Assembly: GCA_009694415.1 (NCBI GenBank)
Contig: SHUZ01000001.1
Coordinates: forward strand, 1 to 52,426
Source: Acidimicrobiia bacterium
GTDB lineage: Bacteria; Actinomycetota; Acidimicrobiia; IMCC26256; JAENVU01
Direction of reading: 5' to 3'
Length of the DNA: 52,426 nucleotides
Shown in pieces: positions 35,703 through 44,543 of this stretch. The stretch's first letter is position 1; each line of letters opens with the position of its first letter. The notes under the pieces were generated by a model. It was not told where the DNA came from. It ran no database searches and saw nothing but the letters and a program-made list of their open reading frames with translations. Both the position numbers and the translations under genes were made by a program.

Positions 35703-36130
35703 GTAACAAAGCCAGAGTTCCAGCAGTAGACGGTTGGTTCACAATGGACGATGAGCCGAAGCTCCTGGCGAGTCGCGGAGTCGAGACCGGCAGTTATTTC
35801 TTTCCGAAGAACCTCGCCTTCTCGCGGAATCCGGCAGCACCGACAGAAGCACTCGAAGAGTGCACGTTGTCGCGCCGCGGGCGCGTGTGGTCTTGGACTA
35901 CCAACCATTACAAGCCTCCCGCGCCGTATATCTCGACTGACGAGTTCGTTCCCTACACCGTGGTGGCGGTCGAGTTGGTCGACGAACAGATGGTCGTGCT
36001 CGGACCGCTTGCTACTTCGTGCGACCCAAGCGAGTTGTCGATAGGCGCAGAGGTTGAATTGGTTCTCGGTCGCCTATATGAAGACGAAGACAATGAGTAC
36101 GTCGTGTGGCAGTGGAAGGTCGTTCAGTGA
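35699..36130 (+). CDS. DUF35 OB-fold protein (Zn-ribbon cysteines absent)
   Basis: 143 aa. GTGA overlaps on both sides. The OB-fold region is GRVWSWTTNHY..YTVVAVEL. No CxxC pairs are present. Confidence 0.7.
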   Translation: MSNKARVPAVDGWFTMDDEPKLLASRGVETGSYFFPKNLAFSRNPAAPTEALEECTLSRRGRVWSWTTNHYKPPAPYISTDEFVPYTVVAVELVDEQMVVLGPLATSCDPSELSIGAEVELVLGRLYEDEDNEYVVWQWKVVQ

Positions 36131-37314
36131 GTGACGTAGTGGTGTTGGGCGTCGGGATGCATCCCTGGGGAAAATGGGGACGGAACTTCGTCGAGTATGG
36201 AGTTGCCGCAGCGCACGCCGCGTTGGCGGATGCAAATGTCGATTGGCGCGATGTGCAACTCGTCTGTGGTGCAGACACGATGCGCAACGGATATCCCGGC
36301 TATGTAGCGGGAGCAACATTCGCGCAGGCACTTGGCTGGCAGGGCGCCGAGGTGTCGTCGAGTTATGCAGCGTGTGCGAGTGGGGCGACCGCGTTGAACG
36401 CGGCGAGAGCACAGATACTTGCCGGGCTTTGTGATGTTGCGCTCGTGGTGGGAGCTGACACGACTCCAAAAGGATTTCTCGCGCCGAACGCCGGGGACCG
36501 TCCCGATGATCCCGACTGGCTGAGGTTCCGGTTGTTGGGCGCTTCAAACCCCACCTATTGGGGGATGTACGCGCGTCGCCGTATGGAGATGTTCGGCGCT
36601 ACGCCGGCAGACTTCGCGCGGGTAAAGGTAAAGAACGCGCGTCATGGAGTCTCTAATCCGAACGCGCGCTATCGCAAGTTAGTCACCGAGGCCGAGGTAG
36701 CGGCATCGCCAATGGTGTCGGATCCGCTGCGATTGCTCGAGATATGCGCCACGTCCGACGGCGGCGCTGCGCTGATAATTTCTAGCCTTGAATACGCGAA
36801 GGCACACGGGGTGACTAACCCTGTGCGAATCGCGGCGCTCAGCACTGTGACTCCTAGTTATCCGAACACACTTATAGATATGCCTAACTTCTCGACAGAC
36901 TCTTCCTTTGGCGTAGCAGCCCCCGAGCGCGGCTTTCGTGATTCGATCGCGCACGCGGCCTACGAGAAGTCCGGGATCGGTCCCCAAGATCTGGACCTGG
37001 CCGAGGTGTACGACCTTTCGACAGCGCTCGAACTCGACTGGTACGAGAACATCGGACTCTGCAAGGAGGGAGAAGCCGAGCAGTTGCTCAACTCGGGGGA
37101 GACGACTATTGGCGGGCGCATACCCGTGAATCCAAGTGGCGGTCTTGGTTCATTCGGCGAAGCGGTTCCGGCGCAGGCCATCGCACAGGTTTGTGAAATT
37201 GCATGGCATCTACGAGGTGAAGCCGGCGACCGGCAGGTCGAAGGGGCGAAGGTTGGACTAACCGTTAACCAAGGTTTGTTCGGCCATGGCAGCTGTGTGA
37301 TTCTCAAGAAGTAA
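36127..37314 (+). CDS. Thiolase-fold lipid-transfer protein (Ltp/SCP-x-type, non-condensing)
   Basis: GTG 36127 (VSDVVVLGVGMHPWGKW) overlaps the DUF35 stop. SSYAACASGA, and the C-terminus GGLGSFGEAVPAQA. Confidence 0.8.
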   Translation: MSDVVVLGVGMHPWGKWGRNFVEYGVAAAHAALADANVDWRDVQLVCGADTMRNGYPGYVAGATFAQALGWQGAEVSSSYAACASGATALNAARAQILAGLCDVALVVGADTTPKGFLAPNAGDRPDDPDWLRFRLLGASNPTYWGMYARRRMEMFGATPADFARVKVKNARHGVSNPNARYRKLVTEAEVAASPMVSDPLRLLEICATSDGGAALIISSLEYAKAHGVTNPVRIAALSTVTPSYPNTLIDMPNFSTDSSFGVAAPERGFRDSIAHAAYEKSGIGPQDLDLAEVYDLSTALELDWYENIGLCKEGEAEQLLNSGETTIGGRIPVNPSGGLGSFGEAVPAQAIAQVCEIAWHLRGEAGDRQVEGAKVGLTVNQGLFGHGSCVILKK

Positions 37315-37368
37315 TTCGAGGCGACCGATCGCAGGACGCCGACCCCGACGGAGTTGGAGCAACCAAGC

Positions 37369-38970
37369 ATGGAATGGAACTTTGCGGATCTCTTTGAGGG
37401 TGTTGCCGACGCTGTCGGGAAGCGCACTGCTCTCGTCTGTGGCGAACGCAGGCTCACCTACAGCGAACTTGACGAGCGTGCGACACGGCTTGCCAACCAC
37501 TTGGCCGCACACGGAGTTCAGCCAGGCCAACATGTCGGGATATACGCGTACAACGGTTCAGAGTGGATGGAGGCGATGTTCGCGGCTTGGAAGATCCGAG
37601 CCGTGCCGATCAACGTCAACTATCGCTATGTCGAAGCGGAGCTCGCATATCTATTCGGCAACGCAGACCTTGTTGCCGTTATTCACGGACGGGAATTCAT
37701 CCCGCGTATAGCGGCCATTCTCTCCGAATGTCCGAAGTTGAAGGTGTTGGTGTCTATCGGAGATGACTCCGACGAGGACCTCGCGTTGATTGGTGCAGTC
37801 GATTATGAGGAAGCACTTGGGGCTGCGTCTGCGGTGCGCGACTTTGGCGCGCGAGACGCGGGCGACCAGTACATGCTCTATACCGGCGGAACAACCGGGA
37901 TGCCCAAGGGTGTGATGTGGCGTCAGGATGACTTCTTCTTCTCAACGGTAGGGGCGATCATGGTGATGGGAGGCGAGATGTACTCGTCACCCGAGGCTGT
38001 GGTGAAGGCAGCTGAAGCAGGCGGCGGCATTGTTGCCTTCCCGGTCGCTCCGTTGATGCACGGCGCCGCTCAATGGGTCGCACTGGTTATGTTGCTGCAG
38101 GGCAACGTCGTGGTTTTGACATCGCAGAAACGAATGGATCCCCACGCTGTTTGGGCGACCGTCGAACGCGAAAAGGTGATGTCGATGAGCCTTGTTGGTG
38201 ACGCGATGGCGCGTCCGTTGATTGAGGCACTCGATGATCCCGATACCGAATATGACCTATCCGGTTTTTTGGTCCTCGGTTCCGGTGGCGCAATCTTGTC
38301 ACCCGCAGTCAAAGAGGAGATCGCCGCGAAACTTCCGAACGTCATGATCGTTGACTCACTCGGCGCGTCCGAGACGGGGTACCAGGGTGCTGTTGCTGGC
38401 TCGGATGCCGAGGGGAAGCCCCGTTTTGCAATGGGTGAGCACACGACCGTTATTGATGACGAGGGTCGGGCCGTTGAACCTGGATCCGGCGTCATTGGGC
38501 ACTTGGCGCGGTCGGGTTACATGCCGATCGGCTATTACAAAGATCCCGTCAAGACGGCGGAGACGTTTGTCGAGCTCAACGGGCGTCGGTTTTCGATGCC
38601 GGGTGACATGGCGCGAGTGGAGGCCGATGGCACGATCACGTTGCTCGGCCGCGGTTCGGTGAGCATCAACTCGGGTGGCGAAAAGATTTTCCCAGAAGAA
38701 GTTGAAATCGCGCTGAAGAGTCATCCGCAGGTATTCGACGTTGTAGTTGTGGGCGTTCCCGATGAACGTTGGGGTGAACGCGTTGTTGCGGTTATCCAGC
38801 CGCGCGGTGATGCAACTCCGACCGTTGATGAGTTGGCTGCGCACGCGCGACAGTTGATCGCTGGGTACAAAGTTCCGCGTGAAGTGCACCTCGTCCACGA
38901 GATTGTGCGATCGCCCTCCGGCAAAGCCGATTATCGATGGGCAAAAGCGTACGTCGCGGGGAACGAGTAG
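37369..38970 (+). CDS. Acyl-CoA synthetase (AMP-forming, ANL superfamily)
   Basis: ATG 37369 lies after a GGAG (the ORF track uses TTG 37354). Motifs: YTGGTTGMPKG, GDMARVEADG, PSGKADY. Confidence 0.9.
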   Translation: MEWNFADLFEGVADAVGKRTALVCGERRLTYSELDERATRLANHLAAHGVQPGQHVGIYAYNGSEWMEAMFAAWKIRAVPINVNYRYVEAELAYLFGNADLVAVIHGREFIPRIAAILSECPKLKVLVSIGDDSDEDLALIGAVDYEEALGAASAVRDFGARDAGDQYMLYTGGTTGMPKGVMWRQDDFFFSTVGAIMVMGGEMYSSPEAVVKAAEAGGGIVAFPVAPLMHGAAQWVALVMLLQGNVVVLTSQKRMDPHAVWATVEREKVMSMSLVGDAMARPLIEALDDPDTEYDLSGFLVLGSGGAILSPAVKEEIAAKLPNVMIVDSLGASETGYQGAVAGSDAEGKPRFAMGEHTTVIDDEGRAVEPGSGVIGHLARSGYMPIGYYKDPVKTAETFVELNGRRFSMPGDMARVEADGTITLLGRGSVSINSGGEKIFPEEVEIALKSHPQVFDVVVVGVPDERWGERVVAVIQPRGDATPTVDELAAHARQLIAGYKVPREVHLVHEIVRSPSGKADYRWAKAYVAGNE

Positions 38971-38983
38971 ATATGACGACCAG

Positions 38984-38997
38984 CCGAACCGGTTCGG
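38984..38997. promoter_or_regulatory. Perfect 14-bp palindrome CCGAACCGGTTCGG (candidate TetR/KstR-type operator)
   Basis: It lies in the 96-bp gap between the acyl-CoA synthetase and the FadE pair. The core GAACnnGTTC resembles the KstR operator core (TnnAACnnGTTnnA). Confidence 0.35.
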
Positions 38998-39066
38998 TAC
39001 TGCTTGTTGCTCGAAGATTGATCCACAAGTGGGACCACCGATCAGGTCGTAGGTAACCTCCGTCGG

Positions 39067-40212
39067 ATGGACCTGTCTTGGAGTCCAACCGAAGTTGAGT
39101 TTCGAAACGAAGCACGCGCATGGCTTGCTGCGAATGTTCCGTCCGAAAAGTTGCCCAGTGGCGATACGAGCGATGGCTTCGCGCGTCATCTTGAGTGGGA
39201 GCAACGCCTGTTCGATGCCCGATGGGCTGTTGTTTCATGGCCAGAGGAGTACGGAGGTCGCAACGCAACGCTGTGGGAGTGGCTGATCTTTGAAGAGGAG
39301 TACTACCGCGCGCGTGCGCCGCAACGAGTGACACAGAACGGGATCTTCTTGCTGGCACCCACCATCTTTGAGTTCGGCACGCAAGAACAACGCGACCGCT
39401 ACTTGCAACCGATGGCGCAAGGCACGCAGACCTGGTGTCAAGGGTGGTCGGAACCCGACGCAGGCAGCGACCTCGCTGGCATCCGGTCCACGGCTGTTCG
39501 CGATGATGTAGCCGGAGGCTGGCGACTGTCTGGGCAGAAGACGTGGACGACGAGGGGGGCGTTCTGCACGCACATGTTTGGGTTGTTCCGGTCGGACCCG
39601 GCAGCCGAGCGTCACGCCGGACTCACATACTTCCTCGTTCCTTTGGATGCGCCGGGCGTCACGGTTCGCGGTTTCGGACGGCTTGATGGCGACGAAGGAT
39701 TCGCCGAAGTTTTTCTCGACGATGTGTTCGTTGATGATGCGATGGTGCTTGGCGAAGTCAATGATGGGTGGAAAGTCGCGATGGCTACCACCGGATCAGA
39801 GCGCGGACTTACCTTGCGTAGTCCAGGACGATTCATGGCTACCGCTGACCGACTGGTTCAGTTGTATCGCGATATCGGCGCAAGGGCGTCGGACCCAGCA
39901 TTGCGTCATGCGGTTGTGCAGGCAGTGATCGATGTCGAGGCGTATCGGTTGCAGACCCTCGCGACCGTGACGGCGATTGGCGATGGCGGCAAGCCTGGTG
40001 TGACTTCGAGCCTCACGAAAGTCTTCTGGTCGGAACTTGATATTCGGATGCATGACACTGCGTTGGCGCTGCTTGGTACTGCTGCCGAATTGGAAGACAA
40101 CGGATGGATGAAGGATTTCCAGTTCGCACTGTCGGGTCCTATTTATGCAGGCACTAATGAAATCCAGCGCAACGTGATTGCAGAGCGCATTCTCGGAATG
40201 CCGAAGCGGTAG
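39067..40212 (+). CDS. Acyl-CoA dehydrogenase, alpha-type subunit of a heteromeric FadE pair
   Basis: 381 aa. Motifs: WCQGWSEPDAGSDLA, GQKTWTT, GTNEIQRNVIAERILG. Confidence 0.85.
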   Translation: MDLSWSPTEVEFRNEARAWLAANVPSEKLPSGDTSDGFARHLEWEQRLFDARWAVVSWPEEYGGRNATLWEWLIFEEEYYRARAPQRVTQNGIFLLAPTIFEFGTQEQRDRYLQPMAQGTQTWCQGWSEPDAGSDLAGIRSTAVRDDVAGGWRLSGQKTWTTRGAFCTHMFGLFRSDPAAERHAGLTYFLVPLDAPGVTVRGFGRLDGDEGFAEVFLDDVFVDDAMVLGEVNDGWKVAMATTGSERGLTLRSPGRFMATADRLVQLYRDIGARASDPALRHAVVQAVIDVEAYRLQTLATVTAIGDGGKPGVTSSLTKVFWSELDIRMHDTALALLGTAAELEDNGWMKDFQFALSGPIYAGTNEIQRNVIAERILGMPKR

Positions 40213-40214
40213 AG

Positions 40215-41180
40215 ATGCGCTTCGCGTTCACGACTGATCAACTTGCGCTGCGGGACGCGGTGCGAGAAATGCTTGTGAAGGAGTGCCCGTCTTCGGAGGT
40301 CAGGAGCGCATGGTCAAATGCCAACGGCCGCACCGCTGGCACATGGGATGCCTTGATGGGTATGGGCGTGTTGGAAGCACTCGTACCTGAAGCGGCAGGT
40401 GGGCTTGGATTGAGCGTGCTCGACCTGGTTCTTGTTTGTGAAGAAGTTGGCCGCGTCGCATTGCCGGAACCATTCGTGGAACACGCACTTGTTGCGGCGG
40501 CAGTTGTGGGTAGCGGCCATGGTTCGATGAGCGCGCTTGTCGGACCCGCAGCTCTTTCTGTGTACGCCGACTCCGTGGACGCGGTACTCGTAGAGGATGA
40601 CGAACGCTTGCTACTTGTAGCGAGAGAAGGCCTCGTACTTGAACGTCAGTCGTCGGTCGATCACACGCGGCATCTGTTTACGGTCGACTGGTCCAACACA
40701 GAGGCAACTACCGAAGTAGGTGGACCGCGGGAATGCGCTGACGCGTTCGATAGGGCGGCACTCGGTAATGCGGCGACGCTCCTCGGCCTCGCACAAAACC
40801 TGCTCGATGTGACGGTGGATTACACCGCTACGCGCAGCCAATTTGGGGCACCGATAGGTTCGTTCCAAGCGGTCAAACACAAACTGGCAGACGTGCGAAT
40901 CGCCCTTGAGTTTGCGCGCCCGCTTATTTATCGAGCTGCGTATTCTTTGAGTGTTGATGACATCGACCGGTCGATTCATGTGTCGATGTGCGCGGCTCAG
41001 GTTGCGGATGCCGCCTCTCTCGCGGTTCGACACGCCTTGCAATGCCACGGCGCGATTGGATACTCGGACGAGTCCGATTTGCATATGTGGATGAAGCGCG
41101 TTTGGGCGCTTCAAAGAGCGTACGGCGACCCCGCATGGCACCGCGAGCGCGTCGCGCGCGCGATCCTGGACAAGACCTGA
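40215..41180 (+). CDS. Acyl-CoA dehydrogenase, beta-type subunit of a heteromeric FadE pair
   Basis: 321 aa, starting 2 nt after the previous stop. The ACAD fold has a shortened N-terminus, as in FadE29/FadE32-type partners. Confidence 0.8.
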   Translation: MRFAFTTDQLALRDAVREMLVKECPSSEVRSAWSNANGRTAGTWDALMGMGVLEALVPEAAGGLGLSVLDLVLVCEEVGRVALPEPFVEHALVAAAVVGSGHGSMSALVGPAALSVYADSVDAVLVEDDERLLLVAREGLVLERQSSVDHTRHLFTVDWSNTEATTEVGGPRECADAFDRAALGNAATLLGLAQNLLDVTVDYTATRSQFGAPIGSFQAVKHKLADVRIALEFARPLIYRAAYSLSVDDIDRSIHVSMCAAQVADAASLAVRHALQCHGAIGYSDESDLHMWMKRVWALQRAYGDPAWHRERVARAILDKT

Positions 41181-41194
41181 CGGAGGAACACGAC

Positions 41195-42343
41195 ATGGGC
41201 GATGCATACATTGTTGACGCAATCCGGACGCCAGTAGGACGGAGGGGAGGAGCGTTGAGCGCGGTTCATCCTGCAGACCTTGGCGCACATGTGTTGCGTG
41301 AACTTGTAGAACGTAACGACATTGATCCGTTGGTGGTTGAAGACGTTGTGTTTGGTTGCCTCGACGCGATTGGCCCGCAAGCGGGAGACATCGCGCGCAC
41401 TTCGTGGTTGGCGGCTGGATTGCCGGAGGAGGTTCCTGGCACGACGGTGGATCGTCAATGCGGGTCGAGTCAACAGGCAGTGCACTTCGCAGCGCAAGGC
41501 GTGATGAGCGGAACGCAGGATGTTGTGATCGCCGGTGGCGTACAGAACATGAGCATGATTCCGATCGCGTCGGCGATGATTGTTGCCGAGCAGTTTGGAT
41601 TCACGGATCCGTTCAGCGGTTCGGAGGGTTGGGTCGCGCGTTATGGCACGCAAGAAGTGAGCCAGTTCCGTGGCGCCGAGTTGATCGCAGAAAAGTGGGG
41701 GATCAGCCGTGAAGACATGGAGGCATTCGCGATTGGCTCACATGAGCGGGCGCTGCAAGCCCAGCGCGAGGACCGCTTCGCGCGCGAGATCGTTCCGTTT
41801 GGGAATGTGACGGCAGACGAGGGGCCTCGGGAGCCGAACGCAGAGAAGATTCGGTCTCTGCCGTCGTTGATTGAAGGTGGCCGGATCACAGCGGCACTCG
41901 CCAGCCAGATTTCGGATGCTTCGGCGGCGATGCTCGTTGTGTCGGAGCGCGCGCTGAAGGATCACGGGTTGACGCCGCGGGCGCGGATACATCACTTGTC
42001 AGTGCGCGGCGCGGATCCTATTTTCATGTTGAGTGCGCCTATCCCGGCGACGGCTTACGCGATGGAGAAGTCGGGGATGAGACTCGACGAGATCGACTTG
42101 ATCGAGATCAACGAGGCATTCGCGTCGGTGGTGCTCGCATGGCAACAGGAGACTGGGGCAGATCTGGCGAAGGTGAACGTGAACGGTGGAGCGATCGCGC
42201 TTGGGCATCCGCTGGGTGCGACGGGGGTGCGACTGATGAGCACGTTGCTGTGTGAGCTGGAGAGGACCGGCGGAAGGTATGGGCTACAGACAATGTGCGA
42301 AGGCGGAGGCCAAGCCAACGTGACAATCATCGAGCGCCTCTAG
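41195..42343 (+). CDS. Acetyl-CoA C-acyltransferase (thiolase)
   Basis: ATG 41195 (MGDAYIVDAIRTPVGRRGG). The ORF-track 451-aa form has a junk N-terminus. Active-site DRQCGSSQQA; C-terminal CEGGGQANV. Confidence 0.9.
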   Translation: MGDAYIVDAIRTPVGRRGGALSAVHPADLGAHVLRELVERNDIDPLVVEDVVFGCLDAIGPQAGDIARTSWLAAGLPEEVPGTTVDRQCGSSQQAVHFAAQGVMSGTQDVVIAGGVQNMSMIPIASAMIVAEQFGFTDPFSGSEGWVARYGTQEVSQFRGAELIAEKWGISREDMEAFAIGSHERALQAQREDRFAREIVPFGNVTADEGPREPNAEKIRSLPSLIEGGRITAALASQISDASAAMLVVSERALKDHGLTPRARIHHLSVRGADPIFMLSAPIPATAYAMEKSGMRLDEIDLIEINEAFASVVLAWQQETGADLAKVNVNGGAIALGHPLGATGVRLMSTLLCELERTGGRYGLQTMCEGGGQANVTIIERL

Positions 42344-42414
42344 CCCCTAGGGCGATCTCGGCACGTTCGAGGCCCTATAAGGGCCCGAAACGTGCCGAGA
42401 TCGCCCTAGGGGGG
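42344..42414. repeat. Palindromic intergenic element, copy C (most complete)
   Basis: CCCCTAGGGCGATCTCGGCACGTT cga GGCCC tataa GGGCC cga AACGTGCCGAGATCGCCCTAGGGG. It has 24-bp perfect arms and begins right after the thiolase stop, between convergent genes. Confidence 0.95.
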
Positions 42415-42427
42415 TCTTGTTTGGGGG

Positions 42428-43270
42428 TTAGGTGAGGGTTGCGTACTCGTCTAGGAGCGGTAACACCGTCTCGGCTTGTCCTCCGGGTACTCGCAAGACC
42501 ACTTCTTCGATTCCCAGCGAGATGTAGTACTCCAGTTTCCCGGGATCGGGAATCGTTCCGAACGGCACGATGCGGAGCGTCGATGCATCGCGCCCAATGG
42601 CATCGCATGCCTCGTGTAGATCTCCGAGAGCGGCTCGAATTCCAGAACCACCTATCGGGATCCATCCATCCGCATACTCGGCGATATGGGCAAAGAGCTT
42701 GGGGCCCGCAGCACCCCCGATTAGAACGGGTGGGCCCGACGGCATCGCTGGCTTTGGCCATGACCACGATGGCGGCAACTCGACATGTTTACCGTGGAAC
42801 TCCGCTACGTCGTCGGTCCAGAGGGTGCGCATCGCAAGCATGTGTTCACGCGCAATCGCTCGACGGTCTGTCATGGCCACGCCGTGGTCCGCAATTTCGT
42901 CTTCGTTCCAACCGAAGCCGACCCCGAATACAAACCGACCACCAGAGACCGCATCGAGAGTCGCAACGGCCTTCGCCGTCACAATCGGATCACGTTGGGC
43001 GACGAGACAGACGCCCGTTCCTAGTAACACGCGGTTCGTAACGCTCGCCGCCGCTGCGAGAGCAATGAGCGGATCGAGAGTTCGCTTGTACTCGTTTGCC
43101 AGATCGCGTTCGCCAGTTGGAGGAGGGGTACGCCGTGAAACTGGGATGTGCGTGTGCTCGGGTAGGTAAATCGAATGCAGTCCACGATCTTCGACCGCGC
43201 GCGCGAACTCCACTGGACCCATTGTTTCGTCGGTCATGAACATTGTCACTCCGAAGCGCACAACAGGCAC
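42428..43270 (-). CDS. LLM-class F420-dependent oxidoreductase
   Basis: 280 aa. LDPLIALAAAASVTNRVLLGTGVCLVAQRDPIVTAKAVATLDAVSGGRFVFGVGFGW. Confidence 0.8.
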   Translation of the reverse strand: MPVVRFGVTMFMTDETMGPVEFARAVEDRGLHSIYLPEHTHIPVSRRTPPPTGERDLANEYKRTLDPLIALAAAASVTNRVLLGTGVCLVAQRDPIVTAKAVATLDAVSGGRFVFGVGFGWNEDEIADHGVAMTDRRAIAREHMLAMRTLWTDDVAEFHGKHVELPPSWSWPKPAMPSGPPVLIGGAAGPKLFAHIAEYADGWIPIGGSGIRAALGDLHEACDAIGRDASTLRIVPFGTIPDPGKLEYYISLGIEEVVLRVPGGQAETVLPLLDEYATLT

Positions 43271-43301
43271 CGTAGTAGTAGTGGCGTGAGAAGATCGCCA
43301 A

Positions 43302-44510
43302 GTGAGTTCTTCGAGGGAGTCCGCGGGCGTTCCGGTATTGCTGTACGCAGCGACCGCGATCGAGTCGATGGCCTATGGCGCAATATTCGGGCTCCTTGCT
43401 GAACTGCAGGACGCGTACGGGTTGCCCATGTACGCGCTTGGGCTGATAGCTGGCGCTAGTTCTCTAGCTGGCCTTGTCGCGCAATTGTGGCTTGCTCGGT
43501 ATAGCGACCGTGGGCACACCCGGTTGATGCTTCGCCTGGGTCTGGTAACGGCCGCCGCTGGGATGTTGATGTTCGCGTTGGTCTCGGGGATGTGGCTCTT
43601 CGTCGCGTCGCGAGTTTTGATGGGGTTCGGTTCAGGAATGTTTATGCCAGCGGTCCGCCGCGTCGTCATCTCGAAAGCCGGTACGCGCTCGGGTGAAGAA
43701 CTGGGACGACTCGCGAGTGTCGAAGTGGGTGGGTTCGTATCCGGCGCGCCGATCGCCGCTCTACTCGCCGCGCTATTTGGTCTGCACGCGCCGTTCCTCG
43801 TAATGGCTGTAGCGCTCGTTCTCACAGCTCCGGGTTTGGCACGCATCTCGGAACCGCCGATAGCAGCGAATCCTCCGCGCCGCGCAGTGCGCACATTGAT
43901 CTTGAGGCGCGGTGTTCGTTCGGGTCTAGCGATCGGCGCCGCGTTGTATTTGGCGATCGGTGTCTTCGACGCAGTCTGGGCGCGCTACCTAACCGATATG
44001 GGCGCGAATACTGCAGTGATCGCGATCACTCTCGCCCTGTTCGCGTTGCCGCTCGTTGCATTGAGTCCGTTCGGTGGTCGCCTCGCCGATCGTTCGGGAC
44101 CATTGAAAAGCGGCGTGCTTGCACTGGCTCTAACAGTTCCGCTCCTCGTGGCGTATGGATGGGTTGGGTCGGTCGCATTGGCCGTGGTGGTAGCGCTATT
44201 GCACGGGTTCACCGATGCTTTCGCGACTCCAGCAGGACAGTCGGCTGTTGCTCGCTCCTCACCGCCAGGGCTGGTTGCTGCTGGTCAGGGACTATATGGA
44301 GCGGTAGCTGCAGGCATGGCCGCGTTATCGGGCTTTGGAGCGGCGCCGCTGTATGGAATTGGTGGGTCCAAGGTTATGTGGGGTGTCGCTGGGGGTTGTG
44401 TCGCTGTGCTGGCGATGCTCGCGTGGCGTTGGGGACGCGGGTCCGAACTTGATGGCGCAATAGCCCCGAGCGATGATCTGGGAAACCCCGGTACCGATCT
44501 TGCGGTCTGA
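43302..44510 (+). CDS. MFS transporter
   Basis: 402 aa, 12-TM profile, GTG start. Confidence 0.8.
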   Translation: MSSSRESAGVPVLLYAATAIESMAYGAIFGLLAELQDAYGLPMYALGLIAGASSLAGLVAQLWLARYSDRGHTRLMLRLGLVTAAAGMLMFALVSGMWLFVASRVLMGFGSGMFMPAVRRVVISKAGTRSGEELGRLASVEVGGFVSGAPIAALLAALFGLHAPFLVMAVALVLTAPGLARISEPPIAANPPRRAVRTLILRRGVRSGLAIGAALYLAIGVFDAVWARYLTDMGANTAVIAITLALFALPLVALSPFGGRLADRSGPLKSGVLALALTVPLLVAYGWVGSVALAVVVALLHGFTDAFATPAGQSAVARSSPPGLVAAGQGLYGAVAAGMAALSGFGAAPLYGIGGSKVMWGVAGGCVAVLAMLAWRWGRGSELDGAIAPSDDLGNPGTDLAV

Positions 44511-44543
44511 TATTCGTTCCAGGTCGGCTACGTTGCCCGTCTG

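Noticed and set aside
42344-42414. The palindromic elements as ordinary Rho-independent terminators.
   Set aside because: No copy has a downstream U-tract on either strand, and two copies lie inside apparently polycistronic operons. A processing or stabilising role, or a mobile REP/MITE-like origin, fits better. The only hairpin with a T-tract is at 29292-29350.
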